Shown piece after piece: positions 55,844-64,000 of a DNA stretch of 64,000 nucleotides (positions are counted from its first letter, which is position 1; every line of letters starts with the position of its first letter). Location: NCBI GenBank assembly GCA_043228905.1, contig JBHGNT010000020.1, positions 2,480,001 to 2,544,000 on the forward strand, given 5' to 3'. This DNA comes from Azolla caroliniana (Eukaryota > Plantae > Polypodiophyta). The notes below the pieces were generated by a model. That model ran no database searches and had not been told where the DNA came from. It saw only the letters and a program-made list of their open reading frames with translations. The translations under genes and the position numbers were made by a program.

Positions 55844-58800
55844 TTGGTGATGAATCACAAGGCAAACTCAATGAAGAAGACCACTTCCAAAACGGAGGAA
55901 GTGTGGTATGTTGATTCCGGCGCGTCGAACCACATGACGAGCCACAAAGAGTGGTTCTCCTTTCTGGAGAAACCGGATCAACCAGGAGTAGTCGAAACCG
56001 GAGACGACACTCCTCACCCAATCGTGCACATCGGAGAAGTCCCTCTAAGCCACGTCGGACAGAAAGGGAAGCTGATGAACGTATTACACGTTCCGACAAT
56101 CACGAAGAACCTGGTGTCCGTCGGTCAGATTGTCGACCAGGGGATGCAGGTGCGGTTTACGCACCTCGGGTGCTTCATTGAGGATGAGGGCGAAGTCATT
56201 GCGCAAGGGCGCAGAGACGGGAGGATGTTTATCCTCAACACCAATGACTTTGGCACCGCTCTGTTCGCGAAACGACAGAAGGTCGAGTCAGACATCGACC
56301 TGTGGCACAAGCGGATAAGCCACGTCAACTACCGGAGGCTTCAAGACCTGCAAACGAAACAAGTCGTTTTCGGTTTGCCGAAGTTCAGCGGCCGGAGAGC
56401 CAAAATTTGTGAAGCCTGCCAACTTGGGAAGCAACACCGGCTTCCATTCCCCACTGAACGGAACCGGAGCCGTAACAAGCTCGATCTCATCCATTCGGAT
56501 GTGTGGGGACCAGCACAAAGTGTAAGCCTTGGCGGGAGCCGATACTTCGTCTCCTTCATCGACGACCATACTCGACATACTTGGATCTACCTCATTGAGC
56601 GGAAAAGCGAAGTCTTCGACTGTTTCCGGAGCCTCCAGAAGATGGTGGAACGGGAATCGGAGAGGAAGATCAAATGCCTTCGGTCGGATGGCAGAAAGGA
56701 ATATTTTTCCGGCCAATTCACTAGTTATCTGTAGCAAAAGGGAATTCGGCGAGAGTTCAGCTGCAGATACACACCGGAGCAAAACGGTGTGGCCGAAAGG
56801 AAGAACCAGACACTCGTCGAAGCGGCAAGGACAATGCTGGAGGAGAAGAGCATGCCCCGGTTCTACTGGGCGGAGGCTGTTCGGACGACCGTCTACATAC
56901 AAAACCGCATTGGTGACAAGGTGTCAGCTCATGAGCTGTATTTCGGGCACAAGCCGAACTTAAGACACCTTCGGATATTCGGCAGCATAGCATATGTGCA
57001 TGTGCCGGATCAGAAGCGGAGAAAGCTCGATGCAAAATCGGAAAAATGCATCCTAGTCGGCTATGCTCAAGAGCAAAAGGGGTATAAGTGCTATAACCCC
57101 CGGACGAAGGAAGTCCGAGTTAGCCGGGATGTCGAGTTCGATGAATCGGCATCCTGGTACTCCGTACCGACTCCGACTTCCGATCCCGACCCAATGCCGG
57201 AAGAGCAGGCCAGTGAGCCCGAATCAGCCCTGTCAGAGGATGATGAAGCCGGGACTCAAGATGAGAGTCCGGAATCGTTACGGTTGAGTGGACCGAACAA
57301 GCGACTGAGTCGGTTGGACCAGTCAGATGAAGAGACGACAAGTGGTGGAGACTCTGTCGTGCTCTCCCCGCGCAAGGAACCGAGGAAACGGTTCACGCGC
57401 AAAGAGAAGGGGAAGAGGAAGATGCCGGAATTCGAAAACGGCAACGATGAGTCGGATCGGTGCGTATCCGACTCCGGAAAGGAGAAAGGCGGATCTTCTG
57501 CAACGAAGACCGAACTGGCCAAGAAGGGCCTCAAATCAGGTGACGGTGCGTTGCGCCGATCAACCCGCCAGAAGGATCCCGTCATGTGGTACGAGTAGAA
57601 TGAATACATGGCGCATCATTATGCGTACATGACTAAGGTGACAGAAGTGCGTGAGCCGGAGAGCTACGTAGAAGCGGCAAAGGACGCAAATTGGCGTGCC
57701 GCTATGGACGAAGAAATGCGGGCACTCGATGCCAACGAAACTTGGGACCTAGTTGATCCTCCCCGTCAGTGTAAACCGATCGGATGCAAGTGGGTGTACA
57801 AGGTCAAGTACAACGCCGACGGTTCTGTTAACCGGTACAAAGCCCGGTTAGTGGCGAAGGGATACGCGCAGACCCACAGAATCGACTACGACGAGACCTT
57901 CGCTCCTGTGGCGAAGATGACGACGGTTCGTGTGGTACTGGCGGTTGTTGCGGGAAGGGGGTGGCATCTTCACCAGATGGATGTGAAGAACGTCTTCCTT
58001 CAAGGAGAGCTTGAAGAAGAAGTCTTTATGACTCAGCCCCCCGGATTTCAATCGGAGATGAACAAGTCGGCGGTATGCCGACTGAAGAAGTCGCTTTACG
58101 GCTTGAAGCAAGCCCCCCGAGCTTGGAACGCGAAGATCACGCACCGGTTGCGTAAGCTGGGGTTTGTCGTCTCTAAGTCGGACTCTTCGTTGTTCATCCG
58201 GCAAGGCTCTAACGGTCTGGTATGTATACTCTTGTATGTGGATGATTTAGTCATCACCGGATCGGGTCTTCCCGAAATCAACCGCGTCAAGTCCCAGTTG
58301 TCGGACGCATTCGAAATGAAGGACCTGGGGGACCTTCATTATTTTCTTGGGATCGAAGTGATCCGGACCCCCGACGGCATATTGCTCTCACAACGACATT
58401 ACGTGTTGAATATGTTGTACAAGTTCGGCATGACGGATTGCTGACCTGTCTCCACACCCCTGGACCGGAACCAGAAGCTCTGTCCCAACTCCGGACCGGC
58501 CTGCAATGAGAAACGGTTCCGACAGGTTGTCGGAAGCCTAATCTACTTAACCATCACCCGACCCGACATCAGCTATCCGGTCGGCATGGTAAGTCAGTTC
58601 ATGCAGAAGCCGACCGTGGAGCACCTTCAGTGCGCGCAACGAATATTACGGTATGTCAGCGGCACTAAGGACCGGGGACTGCTATACCGGCGAGGTATAC
58701 CCGAAGAGCTTGTCGGTTACACAGATGCTGACTGGGCCGGCGATGCGTTTGATCGCCGCTCCACTTCCGGATACATGTTCTCCATAGGTAGTGCGGTCGT

Positions 58801-59929
58801 TGCGTGGAGCAGCAAGAAGCAGCCCACAGTGGCTTTGTCAAGCACTGAGGTTGAGTACTGGGCCGCTACCGTTGCCACTTGTGAAGCCATCTGGCTTCGG
58901 CGACTGCTGCGAGACTTGCGGATTGAGGTACCGACCCCGATCCCGATTTACTACGATAACATGAGCAGCCTGCAACTCGCCAGGAACCCTATGTTCCATA
59001 CTCGCACAAAGCACATCGAGGTGCACTACCACTTCGTGCGTGAGCGGGTCCTGAGCGGTGAAGTTGACCTACGGTATGTTCATACGGATCGGCAAGTTGC
59101 CCACATCTTCACCAAGCCACTCGGATCGGACAAGTTGCAGCACTTTACCGACATGCTTGGTATTCAGCATCTCGATGTGCCGCACTTGAGGGGGAGAAGC
59201 AAGGGCAAAGTCTCTACCGAAACGGGCAAAGGCCAAAAAACTGTTGAACCCGTCGGTAAGAGGAGAGCCAGAAGAAGAGGAGACAAGAAGATGAAGGAAG
59301 CCGAGTCGACAAAGGAAGTCGACACATCCGAACAGGTCGGAGCAAGCGGTTGTGAAGAAGAGTTGTGCACTCAGGAAGAGAAGTGCATGTTGTGCGGAGG
59401 TCATCACGACGGTACTGACCATGATGCAGAGTCGAATGAGGAATTCGATTTCGGTTCACCGGCTGAAGAAGTCGAGGGAAGCATGGAGAAGGCCAAGACT
59501 CAGAAGTGGTCCGATGTGGTGAGAGGCCTGAAGCCAGAAGTCGAATCGAAGTGTACCGATTCGGACAAGAGCTGGAACGAGTTGGAGACTGCTGACTCGG
59601 ATCAACAAATGGATCCGGATGAGTCGGATCGACTGAAGGCCAAGGGGACACGGACACAGTGGAAGTCGATGCCATCGTGGGAGAACCGACGGATCGGCAA
59701 GCGCCGGAGTCACAACAACGTGAGTGCTGAGATGGGCCTATTGAGCAGACATGCTGGCCGAGAGAGTCGAGGCGCGCAGAACCAAAGGGGTCGCGGCAAA
59801 TGGGACCGTACCGGACGAGGAGCGCGGGCAAGGCGGAGTGACGCCAGGAGAAGTTGGTTGGAAGAACCGACTACCACAGAGGTCGACACTACGACCCCAC
59901 CTCAGGTTGAGCTTGAGGGGGAGTGTTGA
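55844..59929 (+). pseudogene. pol: Copia G pol (protease-integrase-RT-RNaseH plus C-terminal extension) with three in-frame stops
   Basis: WYVDSGASNHM, LWHKRISH..CEAC, HSDVWGP, LYVDD, YTDADWAG, TKHIEV; all pieces in one frame. Confidence 0.93.
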
Positions 59930-60252
59930 GCGGCAAGCTCAACCGGAGCCGGATCGGCTGAATAAGCCGGAGCCGGTAAGCAAGACGGATCGGGCGAAAC
60001 GGATCGGTATGACGGTGAGCAACCGAACCGGCAAGCAGTGGAGGCCGGGTGCAATCCGTAACCGAAAGTCCAATCGGAAGCCTAGTATAGGATAGACTAC
60101 TAGGTAGCTATAGTCTCGTACTAAGTGTCAGATGCTCGTGTGAGCATTGAAGTACATGGTACTTCTGTTAGTCCCAAGAGGACTTGTATAAATAGTGCTA
60201 CTTAGCACAGTGTGTGTACAGAGTCTTGATATAATTTTGAAATTGTGTTTTG

Positions 60253-60284
<32 letters not shown>

Positions 60285-60467
60285 TGTTCTCTGTTTTACG
60301 CTTCCGCAAACACTTACGTTTACAATGGCCATGTAGAGGCTTTCTCCACACTTCATCTAGAGACTTGGGTAGTTGCGTTTGGGAACCAACATGAGACCCA
60401 AGGATCGGATGGTGGCGAAGAGGAAGATTAGGTTCGAGACAGTACAGACAATGACATTGCCCTGAAG

Positions 60468-61520
60468 ATGGCAAGAGAGAGCAACCACCATGGAGAGGAT
60501 TCCTCCACACTTGTTCTAGAGACTTCGGCAGTTGCGTCCGAGAGCCAACATGAGACCAAAGAGACGGAAGGTGGTTGCGGGGAAGTGAAGGATGAAGCCA
60601 ATGAGGATAGCAACATCAAGGCGAAGATAGATATGGACGAGTCGATGGTGAATGGTTGTGACAAGACTTTCCCCACACTAGTTCCAGAGACTTGGGAAGT
60701 TGTGTCCGAGAACAGACATAAGACCCAAGAGATGGAAGGTGGCAACGAGGGGAAGTTCAACTCTAATGTGAAAGATGACATAAAGACAAAAGTGTCAGAG
60801 GCAATTGACCAAAGACAAATGGATTCCTTCACACATGTTCTAGAGACTTGGGCAATTGTGGTTCAAAGCCACTGTGAGACCCAAGAGACAGAAGATGATG
60901 GTGGGGAAATGAAGGTCCAAGTTGCTGCAAATAATGATGTCGGGGCATGGCCGACAAATACATATGGATCTCTCCACACTCGTTCTAGAGACTTGGGCAT
61001 TAACCAATGTAAGACCCAAGAGAAGGACAATGATGGCGAAGAAGCAAGGGTTGAAGTTGATATGTGGGAGGAAGAGGTCAAGCAAAGCATAGAGATGGAA
61101 GCTGATGCGTACAAAAAAGAGTTCGAGCAAAGTATGACAAGGGATGACGATGGTCAAGCGAGCCATGAGGATCTGAAGGATGTGATCAAAACATCTAACA
61201 AAGACATTAGTGTGAAGATTGTCAACTCTAACATGAGATTGTATCATGAGAGTGGACAAAGTGAGAAACATAGATCATGGACACATAAGGATCTCGAAGT
61301 GGGCATGCACTTGAAGGTACTACATGGGGCAGTCAATGTCATTATTCATATAAAGGCTTGGGGAGAAAGACACAAAACAAAAATGCGTGACGGGTCAAAG
61401 TGCCTTGAGCAAGGAGACAATCAGGACAAAGGTGGAACATGCATAAAGTCTAAATGGTTATGCTCGGAAGGTGAACAAGGGACCATGATAACTAGTCATG
61501 GTAAAGCAAAGAATGCGTGA
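60468..61520 (+). CDS. Acidic repeat-containing ORF of non-autonomous element K (possibly a pseudogene fragment)
   Basis: 350 aa with recurring S(S/F)TLVLET(W/S)..HETxExEG units, period ~150-165 nt. Confidence 0.4.
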   Translation: MARESNHHGEDSSTLVLETSAVASESQHETKETEGGCGEVKDEANEDSNIKAKIDMDESMVNGCDKTFPTLVPETWEVVSENRHKTQEMEGGNEGKFNSNVKDDIKTKVSEAIDQRQMDSFTHVLETWAIVVQSHCETQETEDDGGEMKVQVAANNDVGAWPTNTYGSLHTRSRDLGINQCKTQEKDNDGEEARVEVDMWEEEVKQSIEMEADAYKKEFEQSMTRDDDGQASHEDLKDVIKTSNKDISVKIVNSNMRLYHESGQSEKHRSWTHKDLEVGMHLKVLHGAVNVIIHIKAWGERHKTKMRDGSKCLEQGDNQDKGGTCIKSKWLCSEGEQGTMITSHGKAKNA

Positions 61521-62221
61521 ATGATATTGTGGATTGGGTGGCAACAATGGTTCAAGTGAAAGGAACGGACATGCTCGAAATGGAGGAGTCGTACTAATCA
61601 CCGTAGCTGAAATCTCACACTTGGCATATACCAGAGGACGCACGGTTTGGTGGGGGTGGATGTCATGAAGATTTTCGGCAACGATGAGAAAATCATGTGG
61701 AAAGGAGAAAACCGAGAAGGGTTCACTTTCGCGCTTCTCTCACTGTTTTTTCTCAAGGAGTTATCCCACATATATATGCAATTAATACAACCCTCTCTCT
61801 ATATATACTAACTTATCTCAAATATATGTATGACTATGTATATATATGTATGTGTGTATTCATCTGAACTTCTATTTGGCCAACTACCATTCGGTCGAAT
61901 CCTGTTTCAATTTTCTGGTCGATTTCGGCCAACTGACTCTTGTTTCGGCTTTTTGACAGATTTCGGCTAGCCGACTCTCCCACAAGGAGGGACAATCTTA
62001 CATAACACAATTGACTTACCACAAAGCCAAGTCATTTCTTAAAACATTGTATTTTCATCATTATACTTTTTCATATGTAAATTCTCGTACATGAGAGCTT
62101 GATTGAATGACATGGTTATCATGCATTACATGTAATGCATGAGCGCCAAATGGCAAACATGTATCACATGCATTACATGCATGTCTTGCACCCTCACATG
62201 CATCATATGCATGGGTGCATC

Positions 62222-62327
62222 TGTCAGGAATAGTACTAAAGCAGAGAGAGAATTAGTACTAAAGAAGAGAAGTACTATTAGTACTAAGAGAACGGGACTG
62301 TGTAAGATTCCCGAGAGAGAAAGAGAG

Positions 62328-62364
<37 letters not shown>

Positions 62365-62663
62365 GATAACAGCTAATATATTATGTGAAGGATAAGTACA
62401 AAGTGGCTAAGAGGCTTAAGATTGGCGTTGAACCAATTTGGTTCAACATAATGCCTAGTACCTTCTTTTATAGTGTTCTCAAGAGTAATCCTGAAGCTTC
62501 TAGAATGTTCCAGAGAAATTTAGAATAGACATTAATTTCCTATAATAAAACTTAAATGAAAATAATATCCTACATATTACAAAAGATGATATAATGGTCA
62601 AGAGCTCGACCCATATAACATAAGGTCATGGGTTCGAGTCTTGAGTCTTGCCATATCATGACA
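62222..62663 (-). mobile_element. Solo LTR of the chromovirus-type family of 2201-2632
   Basis: TGTCA...TGACA ends, colinear with 2201-2632, 5-bp TSD GCATC/ACATC. Confidence 0.88.
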
Positions 62664-62756
62664 ACATCTATAAAAGAGTGGAGGAAAAAGAAAAGGATGA
62701 TAAATGAATGAATCGAGGAAGCTATGTACTGAATCAAAGAAAGTCGGAGAGAATTT

Positions 62757-64000
62757 CGGAGAGAATTCAACTGTAGATACACACCAGAACAAAACGGTGT
62801 GGCTGAGATTAAGAATCGGTCAATCGTCGACGCGGAAAAGGCAATGTTTGAGGAGAAAAGCATGCCCAAATTCTACTAGGATGAGGCGGTCAGGACGGTT
62901 GTCTACATCCAAAACCGGATCAGGGAGAAGGTGTCAACAAACGAGTTGTATTTCGGGCGGAAGCCGAATTTAAGGCACCTTCGGATATTCGGTAGCATAG
63001 CATATGTGCATGTACTAGATGAGAAACGGAGGAAGTTGGACCCGAAGTCGAAGAAATGCATACTAGTCGGCTACTCTCATGAACAGAAAGGGTATAAATG
63101 TTATAACCCCCCAGACTAAGCAAGTCCGAGTAAGCCGAGATGTTGAGTTTGATGAATTGGCATCTTGGTATACTCTACCGACTCCGACCCGATTCCGGAG
63201 GATGAGGCCAGTGAGCCCGAAACGATCTGGGTAGAAGGTGAAGAAGACTTCCGTATTGTAGAAGAGAGTCTGATCTCGTTCCGGTTGAGTGGGCCAAACG
63301 AGCGACTGAGTCGGCAGGACCAATCAATTGAAGAGTCGGCGAGTAGTGGAGACTCGACCATGCTTTCCCCGTGCAAGGAACTGAGGAGACGGTTCACATG
63401 CAAAGAAAAAGGGAAGAAGAAGATGTCAGAATACGCCACTGACACAAAACAGTCGAATCGGAGTGAATCCGACTCCGGAGACAGACATTCGGAAGAGAAG
63501 TCCGAGTCGGCCGAGTTAGCCAAGAAATCGGGAGACCAGAAATTGCATTGATCGACCCGTCAAATGGTATGGGTATAACGAGTACATGGCGCATCACTAT
63601 GTGTACATGAAGAAAGTAGCAGAAGTGCGTGAGCCGGAGAGCTACGCAGAAGTGGCGAAGGACGCACACTGGCCTGCTGCTATGGAGGAAGAAATGCGGG
63701 CACTCGATGCCAAGGACACATGGAACCTAGTTGACCCTCCCCGACAACGTAAACCGATCGGTTGTAAGTGGGTATATAAGGTGAAGTACAATGATGACAG
63801 TTCGGTCAACCGGTACAAGGCCCGGTTAGTGGTGAAGGAATCGACTACCATGAAACTTTTGCTCCAATAGCGAAGATGACAACGGTTCGTGTGGTGTTGG
63901 TGGTTGCCGCAAAAAGGGGGTGGCAAGTTCATCATATGGATGTGAAGAATGTGTTTCTTCAAGGTGATGTTGAAGAACAGGTCTACATGGTCCAACCCCC
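62757..64000 (+). pseudogene. pol: Decayed Copia integrase-RT fragment of the A/G family
   Basis: YTPEQNGVAE, LRIFGSIAYVHV, REPESY, PIGCKWVYKVK; colinear with 56750-58040. Confidence 0.9.

Larger units (their letters stand above)
49499..60324 (+). mobile_element. Copia G: full-length element carrying an internal Gypsy cassette
   Basis: LTRs 49499-49883 and 59924-60324. TSD ATGGC/ATGGC. iMet PBS at 49884-49895, PPT at 59915-59923. Confidence 0.95.
48681..62755 (+). mobile_element. Gypsy K: truncated non-autonomous element of the D/E/H group (own sequence 48681-49498, 60325-62221, 62664-~62755)
   Basis: Decayed Gag N-terminus (GQFDGRYITKFLDAYKREM..LGTLLEDD) homologous to D/E, an acidic repeat region, PPT GGTGGGGGTGGA, and a 3' LTR starting TGTCATGAAGA at 61661. 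No pol. Confidence 0.75.

Overview
The window is a gene-free, deeply nested cluster of LTR retrotransposons, probably from a non-seed plant such as a fern or bryophyte (inferred from the element types). I found no host gene, rRNA, true tRNA or CRISPR array. I resolved about 15 insertions by their LTRs, primer-binding sites (PBS), polypurine tracts (PPT) and target-site duplications (TSD). The outer host is a decayed Tnt1/Tork-like Copia (F: 24733-24811 + 45796-~48684). F carries Copia A (upstream of the window to 24732), which holds a self-priming chromovirus-type Gypsy (1-2632), a solo LTR (3098-4092), intact Copia B (4911-10507), decayed Copia C (10802-16626) and intact Gypsy D (16908-24363). 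F also carries non-autonomous Gypsy H (24812-45795), which holds Gypsy E (26812-40409), which in turn holds a solo LTR (27746-29291) and intact-ORF Copia I (29660-35175). Downstream lie non-autonomous Gypsy K (~48681-62755), containing the chimeric Copia G (49499-60324), and a final Copia fragment. The main result concerns the tRNA-Trp-primed, FLDD-type Gypsy group with TGTCG...CGACA LTRs. All five of its readable 4-bp TSDs are CpG-centred. It has a -1 frameshift site with a covarying pseudoknot placed after the protease, and a covarying RNA hairpin beside the PPT that non-autonomous members retain. Two unrelated Gypsy LTR families carry antisense tRNA-like A/B-box modules. Copia G has its Gag C-terminus replaced in frame by a Gypsy RNaseH-integrase-extra-ORF cassette. 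Several LTR families carry CCGG-rich tandem arrays of variable copy number.
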